A DNA stretch of 64,000 nt from Candidatus Uhrbacteria bacterium (GCA_018673485.1 JABHCP010000005.1:102-64101); one strand, 5' to 3'; numbered from the stretch's first letter, positions 1 through 9,653 are shown. Translations and numbers: made by a program. The notes: generated from the letters alone by a model not told the origin.

Positions 1-2522
1 AAGGTGCGCGTGAGCATAACTTAAAGAATGTTGATCTTGAATTACCCAGAAACAAACTAGTTTGTTTCACCGGATTGTCTGGGTCGGGTAAGTCATCACT
101 TGCCTTTGATACTATTTTTGCTGAAGGACAGCGAAGATATATTGAATCGCTCTCAGCGTACGCTCGTCAGTTCTTGGGGCAGATGCAAAAACCAGATGTT
201 GATGAGATCGAGGGGTTGTCACCTGCAATATCTATCGATCAAAAAGCGCATTCGCGTAATCCGCGATCAACTGTTGCAACGGTGACTGAGATTTACGATT
301 ATCTTCGTGTGCTTTTTGCACGAATCGGTGTTGCTCGTTGTCCAAAGTGTGAGCAATCAATTTCAAAGTTGAGCATTGATGAGATCACGGACCATGTTTT
401 GCACACCATCGGCAACCCCCTCCAGCTCCCCCTTGGGAAGGGGGAGGGACGAAATGGAAAGATGTTGACAGTGATGGCGCCTGTTGTCCGCGGTCGAAAG
501 GGTGAGTATTATCAGCTTTTGTATGATTTTTATAATGCTGGATTTGCAAAGGTGCGCATCAATGGGCAGATGCATAAGCTTAGCGACAAGATAAAGCTTT
601 CTCGGTATAAAAAGCATGAGATTGAAATAGTTATTGATTCAATTCCTGCGACTACTCTAATTAATCCCAATAAAGATCAGCGTCAACGACTTACTGAGGC
701 GCTTGAGATTGCAGTTGATCGAAGCGAAGGGTTGGTGTGCATCCAACATCCCACTAAGAAGGAACAGTTGTATTCCACAGAGTTTAGCTGTGCTGAGTGT
801 GGATTTTCATTTCCTGAAATTGAACCACGATTGTTTTCATTTAACAGCCCGTACGGTGCGTGTCAGTCCTGTGATGGACTTGGGACTATCGAGCTGTTCT
901 CAGAGGATGAGTGTGAGGTTTGTGAAGGAAAGCGATTACGCACTGAGGCGCTTAATGTATTTGTGAATGGAAAAAATATTGCAGAGTTTGTAGGCATGTC
1001 AGTTAAGCAGGCGACAGAGTTTGTTCTCGACATTGAGTTGTCTGATCGGCAAAAAGAGATTGCGAGCACGGTATTAAAAGAGATCGAGAATCGTCTAGCG
1101 TTCATGCTTGATGTTGGGTTGCATTATCTGACTCTCAACCGTCGCGCGGGAACGTTGTCAGGTGGAGAGGCGCAACGTATTCGACTGGCTTCACAAATTG
1201 GATCACGACTCGTGGGCGCTTTGTATGTTTTGGATGAGCCAACTATTGGCCTGCACCAACGAGATAATGATCAACTTATCGCAACGCTCAAAAACTTAAG
1301 AGATTTGGGAAATACAGTTATTGTGGTAGAGCACGATGAAGATACAATTCGTAATTCTGATGTGATGGTGGAAATCGGTCCAGGTGCTGGAGTGCACGGT
1401 GGTGAGATCGTTGCCGTTGGTGAAGTTCCAGAGATTTTTAATGATAAGAAGTCAACAACTGCTGCATATCTTAGAGGGGATAGAAAAATAGAGATTCCAA
1501 AAGAGCGTCGTAAGGTTGGCAGAGATCGGTTAAAAATCGTTGGTGCCAAGGCCAACAATCTAAAGAATTTAAATGTTGAGATCCCGCTGCGTCGACTGGT
1601 GTGTGTGACTGGAGTGTCAGGTTCGGGTAAGTCATCGCTCATGCATGAGGTGATGTACAAGTCGATTGCCAAGAAGTTATATAAGAGCAAGGCAACCCCA
1701 GGAGAGCACAAAGCCGTGATGGGTGTGGAATATATCGATAAGTTGATTCTAATCGATCAGTCGGCCATTGGGCGCACCTCACGGTCCAATCCAGCTACTT
1801 ATACTGGTGCATGGGGGCCAATTCGTGAGTTATATACGGCAACAGAGGAGGCTCGATTTCGTGGTTATAAACCAGGACGTTTTAGCTTTAATGTAAAAGG
1901 TGCGCGTGGCGGTCGATGTTCGAACTGCGAGGGACTTGGTGAGATCGGAATCGAGATGCACTTTTTACCAACTGTGTATGTGCAGTGTGACGTGTGCAAG
2001 GGAAAGCGATTTAATCGCGAGACACTTGAGGTGAAATGGAATGATAAAGATATTTATCAGGTTCTTGATATGACAATAGAAGATGGTCTTGAGTTCTTTA
2101 AAGATATTCCAACAGTTTTTGAAAAGTTTAAGATGTTAAATGAGGTTGGTCTTGGATATTTGAAGATCGGGCAGTCATCCAACACACTTTCCGGTGGCGA
2201 AGCGCAACGTGTTAAGTTAGCATCAGAACTTGCTAAGCGTCAGACTGGAAGAACGATGTATTTGCTTGATGAACCAACAACAGGTTTGCATTTTGAAGAC
2301 GTTAAGCAGTTATTGGAGGTGCTGCATAGATTAGTGGCACGAGGAAACACAGTTTGTGTGATCGAGCATAACCTTGATGTAATTAAAACTGCAGATTGGG
2401 TGATTGACCTGGGTCCCGAGGGTGGAGATGAAGGCGGTACGATAGTAGCCGAGGGAACTCCAGAGGACATTGCTCGCAAGACAGCAAGTTACACCGGTAA
2501 GTATCTTAGAAAAGTACTATGA
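1..2522 (+). CDS. uvrA: excinuclease ABC subunit A (UvrA), 5' end cut by window edge
   Basis: Reading from nt 3 gives GAREHNLKNVDLELPRNKLVCFTGLSGSGKSSLAFDTIFAEGQRRY..., i.e. the N-terminal region extends upstream of the ORF-track start at 75. Two ABC ATPase modules with LSGGE signature motifs and CxxC zinc-finger pairs. A 13-codon in-frame insertion sits at 421-459. Confidence 0.95.
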   Translation, partial: GAREHNLKNVDLELPRNKLVCFTGLSGSGKSSLAFDTIFAEGQRRYIESLSAYARQFLGQMQKPDVDEIEGLSPAISIDQKAHSRNPRSTVATVTEIYDYLRVLFARIGVARCPKCEQSISKLSIDEITDHVLHTIGNPLQLPLGKGEGRNGKMLTVMAPVVRGRKGEYYQLLYDFYNAGFAKVRINGQMHKLSDKIKLSRYKKHEIEIVIDSIPATTLINPNKDQRQRLTEALEIAVDRSEGLVCIQHPTKKEQLYSTEFSCAECGFSFPEIEPRLFSFNSPYGACQSCDGLGTIELFSEDECEVCEGKRLRTEALNVFVNGKNIAEFVGMSVKQATEFVLDIELSDRQKEIASTVLKEIENRLAFMLDVGLHYLTLNRRAGTLSGGEAQRIRLASQIGSRLVGALYVLDEPTIGLHQRDNDQLIATLKNLRDLGNTVIVVEHDEDTIRNSDVMVEIGPGAGVHGGEIVAVGEVPEIFNDKKSTTAAYLRGDRKIEIPKERRKVGRDRLKIVGAKANNLKNLNVEIPLRRLVCVTGVSGSGKSSLMHEVMYKSIAKKLYKSKATPGEHKAVMGVEYIDKLILIDQSAIGRTSRSNPATYTGAWGPIRELYTATEEARFRGYKPGRFSFNVKGARGGRCSNCEGLGEIGIEMHFLPTVYVQCDVCKGKRFNRETLEVKWNDKDIYQVLDMTIEDGLEFFKDIPTVFEKFKMLNEVGLGYLKIGQSSNTLSGGEAQRVKLASELAKRQTGRTMYLLDEPTTGLHFEDVKQLLEVLHRLVARGNTVCVIEHNLDVIKTADWVIDLGPEGGDEGGTIVAEGTPEDIARKTASYTGKYLRKVL
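421..458. repeat. palindromic repeat copy A (ggcaaccccctccagctcccccttgggaagggggaggg), in-frame inside uvrA
   Basis: Exact sequence is shared with copies at 2558-2595 and 34507-34544. It holds the inverted repeat CTCCCCCTT/AAGGGGGAG and encodes IGNPLQLPLGKGEG, aligned where E. coli UvrA has only a few residues (QPE). Confidence 0.8.
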
Positions 2523-3874
2523 TTCCAGAGCGAGTCAAAATACAGAGACACGCGATCGGCAACCCCCTCCAGCTCCCCCTTGGGAAGGGGGAGGGCTTAG
2601 GGCTTCCTGATGCGTCTGGGGTGTACTTGTATTTTGATGAGTACGATCAAATTTTGTATATCGGAAAGGCGACATCGTTAAAAAAACGTGTTGGCTCATA
2701 TTTTAACAAGGCGCATAACAGTCGAATTGCAGAATTGGTTTCAAAGATTGCGCGCATTGATTATATTCAGACTTCAACAGTTATCGAGGCTCTAGTTCTC
2801 GAAGCAAATCAAATCAAGGAGCATAAGCCGCCTTACAATATCATGCTAAAAGATGGTAAGAGCTTTTTGTATTTAGTAATTACCAATGAAGATTTCCCAA
2901 AGCCAATTTTACTGCGTGGACATGAGCTTGAGCGGGAGGGGGTCAGACCATTTCAAAAAGAGTTATCAATTAAGGCGAAGAAGAAGTATATGGCGGTATA
3001 TGGCCCGTATACCAGCGGTGTTTCTCTAAAGCGTGCATTAGATCTTATTAGAAAGGTCATTCCATGGAGTACATGCGAGCCACCAGAAATATCTGGTAAG
3101 CAAAGACCGTGTTTTGATGCGCATATTAAGCGATGTCCGGGAGTTTGCACTGGAAAGATTGATAAGCGAACGTATCGAAAGTACATGAAGCAGCTGATAA
3201 CATTTTTTGAAGGCGGACGAGCGCGACTTTTAGCTCAGCTTAAGCGCGAGATGAAGAAATACGCAAAAGAAGAAAGATTTGAGATGGCTGAGATAGCTCG
3301 ACGGAAAGTTTTTGCGCTTGAACACATTCAAGATATCGCGCTTATCACAAAAGAGGATTTTGAATTGCCGTACTCAGCACCGCAAGAGTTTATGTTTGAT
3401 CTTGATGGTAGGATTGAAGCATATGACATTAGTAATATCTCTGGAACCTCGTCAGTCGGATCGATGGTTGTGTTTGAAGATGGTCAACCGGTCAAGAGTA
3501 AATATCGAAAGTTTAAAATCAAGACAGTCGACGGCCCGAACGATGTTGCGATGATGGAAGAAGTCATTCGACGACGATTAAATCGTGCAAAGAGCGCACC
3601 TAAGGCTTGGGAGTTGCCGCAAGTAATGATCATTGATGGCGGGAAGCCACAGGTCAATCGAGTAAAATTAATTTTGAAGGAAATGAACATCGACATTCCC
3701 GTGATCGGAATCGCAAAAGGATTTGATCGCAAACAAGACCGGCTCGTGTTCGATCGAACTAATATAGAATTATCCAGAGTCGCTGCAGCCGGCAAAGAAC
3801 TTTTTCAAAAAGCCCGCGACGAAGCCCACCGTTTTGCTGTTGCCTATCACCGCAAGCTACGGTCAAAGCGCTAA
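2519..3874 (+). CDS. uvrC: excinuclease ABC subunit C (UvrC), short form
   Basis: GIY-YIG N-terminal domain (GVYLYFDEYDQILYIGKATSLKKRVGSYF) and a C-terminal RNase H-like endonuclease domain. The start overlaps the uvrA stop (ATGA). The same 38-nt repeat is inserted in-frame near the N-terminus. Confidence 0.9.
   Translation: MIPERVKIQRHAIGNPLQLPLGKGEGLGLPDASGVYLYFDEYDQILYIGKATSLKKRVGSYFNKAHNSRIAELVSKIARIDYIQTSTVIEALVLEANQIKEHKPPYNIMLKDGKSFLYLVITNEDFPKPILLRGHELEREGVRPFQKELSIKAKKKYMAVYGPYTSGVSLKRALDLIRKVIPWSTCEPPEISGKQRPCFDAHIKRCPGVCTGKIDKRTYRKYMKQLITFFEGGRARLLAQLKREMKKYAKEERFEMAEIARRKVFALEHIQDIALITKEDFELPYSAPQEFMFDLDGRIEAYDISNISGTSSVGSMVVFEDGQPVKSKYRKFKIKTVDGPNDVAMMEEVIRRRLNRAKSAPKAWELPQVMIIDGGKPQVNRVKLILKEMNIDIPVIGIAKGFDRKQDRLVFDRTNIELSRVAAAGKELFQKARDEAHRFAVAYHRKLRSKR
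2558..2595. repeat. palindromic repeat copy B, in-frame inside the uvrC N-terminus
   Basis: Identical 38 nt to copy A; translated as IGNPLQLPLGKGEG. Confidence 0.8.
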
Positions 3875-3884
3875 AAACAGAAAC

Positions 3885-3916
3885 CCCCACGCAAGCGCAG
3901 AGGCTTCGGTGGGGGT
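3885..3916. terminator. GC hairpin cccccac...gtggggg between uvrC and the convergent high-GC gene
   Basis: Inverted repeat; T-rich tail on the minus strand. Confidence 0.45.
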
Positions 3917-3926
3917 GAGAAGTGGA

Positions 3927-4277
3927 CTAGGCGACAGGGCGGATCAGCCGCCGGTCGAGCAGCATCCTGATCGTGGCGCCTTTGCGCCAGTGCCAGAAAT
4001 GGAGTCCGATATGGGGAAATATGAGAGTGAAGCCCTCACACCCCTTTTTGACCTCGCGCTGCTCCCGCCAGTCGTACTGGCCGAAGGGGTGCATGATCAT
4101 TACGATCTCACCTTCTTTGGCTACTTCGTGTACAGCGCGGATGAGCGACTGCGCGAAGCTGCCGCCGAGGCCGTCATATTGACGGCCCAGGATTACATGA
4201 TCGATTCGCTCAGCCCACTGGTAGTGGACTTCGCTTTGCTGATTCAGCGTGTTGAGGAATTCCTGAGCGCAGGCCAT
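3927..4277 (-). CDS. hypothetical protein, high-GC islet
   Basis: ~58% GC ORF. Start placed at the internal Met (MACAQEF) because the minus-strand promoter at 4331-4359 lies downstream of the ORF-track start at 4340. AAGGAG Shine-Dalgarno 6 nt upstream of 4277. Confidence 0.45.
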   Translation of the reverse strand: MACAQEFLNTLNQQSEVHYQWAERIDHVILGRQYDGLGGSFAQSLIRAVHEVAKEGEIVMIMHPFGQYDWREQREVKKGCEGFTLIFPHIGLHFWHWRKGATIRMLLDRRLIRPVA

Positions 4278-4330
4278 TCCTGCTCCTTCCGGGGCGGATG
4301 CCCCTTGTGGGTTGGTAGGTTGAACAAGGA

Positions 4331-4359
4331 AATATAGCATAAAAAAGGGCTTTTGTCAA
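4331..4359 (-). promoter_or_regulatory. sigma70-type promoter TTGACA-17-TATATT with extended TGC
   Basis: Minus-strand reading ttgacaaaagcccttttttatgctatatt. Confidence 0.55.
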
Positions 4360-4369
4360 CCCATAGCCC

Positions 4370-4400
4370 TTGATTTGGGGCTAAAATTAGTGTTATAATC
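4370..4400 (+). promoter_or_regulatory. -10 TATAAT (4395-4400) 5 nt before the start codon; possible leaderless mRNA
   Basis: tgttataatcaggacATG with no Shine-Dalgarno; the -35 is weak (ttgatt at 19-nt spacing). Confidence 0.35.
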
Positions 4401-4405
4401 AGGAC

Positions 4406-6220
4406 ATGAAAAAATCTGTGTTCAAAACTATCGCTAGTGTTGCCGCAGTTTTTATTTTTATAGAAGCCATGTTTGCGATTGGGTGGGTTTTGGGAGGAGA
4501 TTTTCAGGTGGTCGATATTACCGTGCCCGTTTTTGGACAGGAAGATATACCGGTTGTTGCATTCACTGTAAACGACCAACCTCAGTCATTGTACGACTGG
4601 GCATATGATCAGGCTAAGGACGTCGAGCATGTTGATGCGAAGTCAGCGATCGTGGCTCACCACCTTGTTGTGGCGGACGAGATCGCAAAAGTTTTTGAGA
4701 CACTTTCAGACGATAGTGTCGATACAGTAATTATTATGAGCCCGAATCATTTTGATCTTGGAGCAACTACTATTCAAACAACCATGGGAAGTTGGGATAC
4801 ATACTATGGCGAGGTTGAGGCTGATCAAGATCTGATTGAGGATTTGGCGGGTGATATTGAGGTGCTGCGAATTGAAGACGAGACTTTCGAGTATGAACAT
4901 GGAATCAGTGGACTCTTACCGTTTGTGGCACGATCATTTCCTGATGCTAAGATTGTTCCACTCGTGATTCATGAGTCACTCAGCGATGAAGATCGAGATA
5001 CACTCGCTGAATCAATCAATGAGCATGCTAAGAACGCAGTTATTTTTGCCAGCATCGACATGTCTCATAATTTACCGGAGCATACTCAAAATTTTCATGA
5101 TGAGATCACTCTACGAGCGTTGGAGATAGGGGATGCTCAAGATATTGAGTTAGAGATCGATGCGAATGTTGTGTTAAATACGCTATTGGCGATAAACAAC
5201 GATCAGGGAAGCCAAGAGTGGCACCTAACACATCATGACAGTTCGCTGGGTATGGAGCTCACTGATAATTACACCGAAAACACAAGCCACATCCTTGGAT
5301 ACTTCACAGATGGTGAATCGTATGATGATATTTTTGCCACACTTCACATTGTGGGGGACATAATGCTCGACCGTGGGGTACGATCATTACTCGAGTCTGA
5401 AGGCCAGGACTATCCATGGTTGAACATGGGGCGATTTTTGTCAGGGGCTCATACTGTTATCGGAAATCTCGAAGGGACAGTGAACGAACTGGCTAGTACA
5501 TATACAGTTTATCCACCATTTAGATTTGTTTTTTCACCTGATTCGATCGAAGTCATGAATGAATATATCGATGTCGTCAGTTTGGCCAATAATCATGCAA
5601 GTGACGTGGGATCGGCTGGTTTGCAGGAGACGAAAGACCGTCTCGACGAGATGGAGATCCCTTGGTTTGGGTCATACGCAACGCCTGTGCCGCGATATGA
5701 CGAGACCCTCAACGGAATCGACCTAACATATATCGGCTATCATCAGTTTCAACCAGATTCGATCGAACTAGTAGCACAGATTGAAGCAGCGGATGATGAA
5801 GGTCGATTTGTAACCGTGTTTCCGCATTGGGGGAGTGAGTATGTTGTAGCTCCAAGCTCATCACAGCGTGAGTTGGCTCAGTTGATGGTTGATGCCGGCG
5901 CAGATTTGATCATTGGAGGACATCCACATGTGGCGCAGGGGATAGAGATTATCGATGATGTGCCTGTGGTTTACTCGTTGGGTAACTTTATCTTCGATCA
6001 AATAGATCCAGCGACATATCCAGCGCTCACCGCAGGTTTGATAATCGATGATAGCGAAATCGAGATTTACCTCATGCCAGTTTGGACGCAAGGAAGCCAG
6101 CCAACGCCGATGAGCGATCAGGAAGCACTGGATTTGTTCTCAGACCTAGCAGAAGTTTCATCAGATGAGCTCGTGACACAAATAAAAAACGGTGTTATAA
6201 CAACATCATATACAAAATAA
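4406..6220 (+). CDS. membrane-anchored fusion: Memo-like (AmmeMemoRadiSam-B) domain plus CapA-type metallophosphatase domain
   Basis: N-terminal TM helix. Memo motifs HH, SPNHF, EHGISGLLPF, IDMSH. CapA/PGA motifs GNLE, SLANNH, GSEY, LIIGGHPHVAQG, YSLGNFIFDQ. Confidence 0.8.
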   Translation: MKKSVFKTIASVAAVFIFIEAMFAIGWVLGGDFQVVDITVPVFGQEDIPVVAFTVNDQPQSLYDWAYDQAKDVEHVDAKSAIVAHHLVVADEIAKVFETLSDDSVDTVIIMSPNHFDLGATTIQTTMGSWDTYYGEVEADQDLIEDLAGDIEVLRIEDETFEYEHGISGLLPFVARSFPDAKIVPLVIHESLSDEDRDTLAESINEHAKNAVIFASIDMSHNLPEHTQNFHDEITLRALEIGDAQDIELEIDANVVLNTLLAINNDQGSQEWHLTHHDSSLGMELTDNYTENTSHILGYFTDGESYDDIFATLHIVGDIMLDRGVRSLLESEGQDYPWLNMGRFLSGAHTVIGNLEGTVNELASTYTVYPPFRFVFSPDSIEVMNEYIDVVSLANNHASDVGSAGLQETKDRLDEMEIPWFGSYATPVPRYDETLNGIDLTYIGYHQFQPDSIELVAQIEAADDEGRFVTVFPHWGSEYVVAPSSSQRELAQLMVDAGADLIIGGHPHVAQGIEIIDDVPVVYSLGNFIFDQIDPATYPALTAGLIIDDSEIEIYLMPVWTQGSQPTPMSDQEALDLFSDLAEVSSDELVTQIKNGVITTSYTK

Positions 6221-6230
6221 TTTATCGCAT

Positions 6231-8021
6231 ATGAAAAAAGGTTTTACAGGTATTTGGATTCTGTTCCTCGCTGCAGCTATTGCCCTGGCAATTGTGGCTT
6301 TTGGATTTGGTTATTGGCTTTCTAATGAGTCAGATAGTGACGTCGAATATGTCGACGATATGGTCGAAGTCGATATCTCGGACGAAGTTGATGATGAGGA
6401 AGTAGAAATCGAGATTGAGGTAACCGAGCCGACGATTCTAGAAAATTCTGATGCCATCAATGTCAGTTGGTATAGCGAGATCTCTGAGATCGAGCCACTG
6501 GCGATTTTTACAGAGCATCTTAATCTTATTGAAGCGACTGATGATGATCCTAATCGCGCCTTCTCTCTTGGTGAGGTAGTGGGCGGAGATTATGATGGAG
6601 CGGAGCTCACCATGCAAATTGTTTATTATTGGGGTATGGGCACTTATTATGAGCAGTATTATGTTCTCGTACCAGCAGATGAGGCGCAAAAGCCAGTTCT
6701 AATTGATGAATACTTGATGGGTGAGACGAGTTTTCTATCCTTCACTTCATATTTCAGATCATTCTTGGAGCTAATGACCGATCGTAACGAATATTGGGAT
6801 GATGAACAGCGAATGCATTATTATGAATTTGTCTCTGGTATTGAGTTTGATATGGAGTCCTATATACCAGAACTCGAGTATGGTGAAGTGGGGACAGATT
6901 CTTATGGAAATACATATGAGTTTTTGGGGCCTGGAGCACTTAGCTTTTTTCCAGAAGAAAAAGATATAGCACTTTTTGAAGTGTATTCATATATTGATGG
7001 AGGTTCACTTTATGCCGTGGATGGAGATGAGGGAACGTTTGGAAATATGGCTAATTTATTCTTCGCTGTTGAAGATGATGGTCGAGTCTTGGCTTACGAC
7101 GCACAGATTCCATTCTGGGATTATGAAACCTCTGGATATAGTATGGACCTAGAGGTTGTCGGTGATGAAACATTTTCAGGAACATATTCAAAAGCACATG
7201 GTGGTGGTTGTGGCTATACAAATGCAACAAATACCGTTGATGAGAGCGAGATTGGTGAGCTTGAATATATTGGAAGTGTTTCTGGAGGGCACGAGCTTTA
7301 CGAGTCAGCAAATTATTCGCTCGAGCTCTATGGTGATGACTATGACACTTGGTCGTATTGGCACGAGGGTAGTAGATTTGAAGATTTCTTAGCTCTTCAT
7401 CCGTTCTTGTACTATCAAGACCAGCTTGGACGTTGGATTCAGCTTTCAAATGTCGAGGTTTTGCCTCAGGCTGAATGTGGAAAGCCAGTGATTTACCTTT
7501 ATCCTGAAAGCGAGATGGAAATCGATGTATTCATTGAGCCAGAAGGTGGTTTTACTTACACTGAGCCAGTGTATGATGGCGGTTGGTCTGTGCTCGCACA
7601 GCCTGATGGGACGCTTACAAACCTTAAAGATGGTAAAACATACCCATACTTGTTCTGGGAGGGGCGAGGGGGTCTTTATTCTCCACCAGAGAACTATTGG
7701 GTAGTAGAACAAGATCAGGTTGAGCGGTTCTTAATCAAGACGCTCGGTAAGTATGGCTTGAATCGACAGGAAACATTCGACTTTATGGAGTTCTGGTATC
7801 CGCGCATGCAAGACGCTCCGTATTACCAGATTGGATTCCATGGCACAGAGGTGATGGATGCAATCGCACCAATGGAACTATCAGTTCAGCCAGATACAAT
7901 CTTCCGAATATTGATGGACTTCATAGAGCTTGAGGAGCCAGCTGTATCAAATCCAACCTCAATTCGTGGATTCGACCGAAATGGATTTACAGTTGTAGAG
8001 TGGGGAGGAGTGATACAATAG
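6231..8021 (+). CDS. hypothetical acidic protein with N-terminal TM anchor
   Basis: 596 aa ORF with low-GC codon usage and Shine-Dalgarno; no recognisable domain. Confidence 0.7.
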   Translation: MKKGFTGIWILFLAAAIALAIVAFGFGYWLSNESDSDVEYVDDMVEVDISDEVDDEEVEIEIEVTEPTILENSDAINVSWYSEISEIEPLAIFTEHLNLIEATDDDPNRAFSLGEVVGGDYDGAELTMQIVYYWGMGTYYEQYYVLVPADEAQKPVLIDEYLMGETSFLSFTSYFRSFLELMTDRNEYWDDEQRMHYYEFVSGIEFDMESYIPELEYGEVGTDSYGNTYEFLGPGALSFFPEEKDIALFEVYSYIDGGSLYAVDGDEGTFGNMANLFFAVEDDGRVLAYDAQIPFWDYETSGYSMDLEVVGDETFSGTYSKAHGGGCGYTNATNTVDESEIGELEYIGSVSGGHELYESANYSLELYGDDYDTWSYWHEGSRFEDFLALHPFLYYQDQLGRWIQLSNVEVLPQAECGKPVIYLYPESEMEIDVFIEPEGGFTYTEPVYDGGWSVLAQPDGTLTNLKDGKTYPYLFWEGRGGLYSPPENYWVVEQDQVERFLIKTLGKYGLNRQETFDFMEFWYPRMQDAPYYQIGFHGTEVMDAIAPMELSVQPDTIFRILMDFIELEEPAVSNPTSIRGFDRNGFTVVEWGGVIQ

Positions 8022-8032
8022 AGATTAGATAA

Positions 8033-8069
8033 ACACCCGTTTGAGTTAATCGAGCGGGTGTTTTGTTTT
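8033..8069 (+). terminator. rho-independent terminator (acacccg...cgggtgt + T-run)
   Basis: Hairpin followed by ttttgtttt. Confidence 0.6.
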
Positions 8070-8092
8070 ATAGGATCTATGGAATACAAAGA

Positions 8093-8112
8093 GACCCAGC
8101 CGAGGCTGGGTC
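8093..8112 (-). terminator. hairpin gacccagccgaggctgggtc downstream of the minus gene ending at 8133
   Basis: Perfect 8-bp stem. Confidence 0.4.
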
Positions 8113-8132
8113 TGAGGGTCCGCGTATGCGAA

Positions 8133-8774
8133 CTAAGCAGTGATCTGGAGCAGTTGCATGTACGTGCGATCTTCGCCAGATGAGTGGGGAAATGGACTTG
8201 CCAAGCCAACCATCACCAGACGAGCTGGAACAAGATCTCCAACGGCAATTTGCCCAGCTTTTACTCTTTGGAGTAGAGCCGGATCCTTGATTGGCAAGAT
8301 AACGTCAGAGCGGTCTCGTGTGAACACTCGTAACTGTTTCTTTTCATGTCCAGGAGCGCCAGCATTTACGATTCGTGCGCCAGCTACTTCCCAGAAGGCT
8401 GCTGATCGCTCTAGCGTGGGACTACCTTTGTAGAACGCCTTGTTCCATTCGATGGTGATGTCTGGGAATGAACTAACCGGCCCTTGGTAGGAATGGGCCC
8501 GAGCATGATAGGCAATCGATCCAGGTGAAGCTGTTTGGCTCACTAGCTGACATGCGTTGGGTGCAACGACACTGTCTTCTGGGTGTGTGGGTCGAGTGCC
8601 GATGCAAGTTCTTGCAAATGGAATCTCGACACAACGACCATAGTTCCAGCATCGTGCGTCTTGCCCTGTGTCTAGAAGTGAGCCGTACGTGGGTTGATGA
8701 CCTGGGTCAAGAAGTACCCTGTAGATCTGTTCGTCATCTCCAAGGACGAGCGTGCAGAAGCGACCATGGTTCAT
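8133..8774 (-). CDS. hypothetical protein (high-GC islet)
   Basis: ~60% GC. Start chosen at the Met just downstream of the DUF488 stop; start uncertain. Confidence 0.45.
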   Translation of the reverse strand: MNHGRFCTLVLGDDEQIYRVLLDPGHQPTYGSLLDTGQDARCWNYGRCVEIPFARTCIGTRPTHPEDSVVAPNACQLVSQTASPGSIAYHARAHSYQGPVSSFPDITIEWNKAFYKGSPTLERSAAFWEVAGARIVNAGAPGHEKKQLRVFTRDRSDVILPIKDPALLQRVKAGQIAVGDLVPARLVMVGLASPFPHSSGEDRTYMQLLQITA

Positions 8775-8791
8775 GTCAGTGCGACAGAGGA

Positions 8792-9439
8792 TTACACAAC
8801 GCAATATGCACCTCCATCTTCGATCTTCTGGCGCTTGGCGACCTTGGCGGTCACGAGGTGTTTGACTTCGAGTCCAGTGTGCAGAAAACTGATCATGTCG
8901 GCTGCAAGCGAGCGGTGACATTCCAGGGGATGCTGTTCGACGCACATGAGAGCGATGCGCTCGTGCTTGCCTCGAAGCATGTTGTAGGCAGTGGACAGAT
9001 CAGGCTCTTCGAGCAAGGTGCGCTGATCGGATTGGTGTGTTTCGAACATGACTCGGCGCTCGACCAGCTCCTGGACATACCGTCGCTTGTACTGACGCCA
9101 GAGCTGAGGGGGCGGATGCTTGTCACGGCCTAGGGCAGGTTTGTACCACTTCAGTAGTTTTTCGCTTGGGGCAAGCGCCGGGATGTGTACGTGGTCGATA
9201 TCGTGCACCTCGCAAATGTAGGGCATGTCTCGCAGTGCTGTGTAGAACGTGTAGGCACCGTGAGGGAACAGGCGGACATCCACGAGAAGCGTCACGCCAG
9301 CGTGCTTGAGCATGGCGAAGAGCTCGCGTGCCGTTACATCACCGTAGCCGATGGTGTAGATGATTTTCAGGTGGGGCAATGGCCCCAGACACCCACGATC
9401 CTCTTCGGTCATGGGCATAGTCAGTTCAGTGATAGGCAT
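8792..9439 (-). CDS. DUF488 family protein
   Basis: IYTIGYGDVTARELFAMLKHAGVTLLVDVRLFP matches the DUF488 N-terminal signature. ~57% GC. AAGGAG Shine-Dalgarno upstream. Confidence 0.75.
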   Translation of the reverse strand: MPITELTMPMTEEDRGCLGPLPHLKIIYTIGYGDVTARELFAMLKHAGVTLLVDVRLFPHGAYTFYTALRDMPYICEVHDIDHVHIPALAPSEKLLKWYKPALGRDKHPPPQLWRQYKRRYVQELVERRVMFETHQSDQRTLLEEPDLSTAYNMLRGKHERIALMCVEQHPLECHRSLAADMISFLHTGLEVKHLVTAKVAKRQKIEDGGAYCVV

Positions 9440-9496
9440 CGAAATCTCCTTTTGATACAGGTGAGGGTCAGGTCGATTGTTAGGGGGCAGGGAGCA

Positions 9497-9525
9497 ATGG
9501 TAGTTATAAAATGCATTTTTGTCAA
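9497..9525 (-). promoter_or_regulatory. promoter TTGACA-17-TACCAT
   Basis: Minus-strand reading ttgacaaaaatgcattttataactaccat. Confidence 0.45.
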
Positions 9526-9578
9526 TTATGTAGCCATTATAAGAAAAGAAAAAACACCTCGTTTAGAGATGTATTTTC

Positions 9579-9653
9579 TGGAGCGGGTAGAGGGAATCGA
9601 ACCCTCATATTCAGCTTGGAAGGCTGACGTAATAGCCATTATACCATACCCGC
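9579..9653 (-). tRNA. tRNA-Gly(TCC)
   Basis: Cloverleaf with anticodon loop cuUCCaa and T-arm ggttcgattcc; CCA encoded. Confidence 0.9.
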
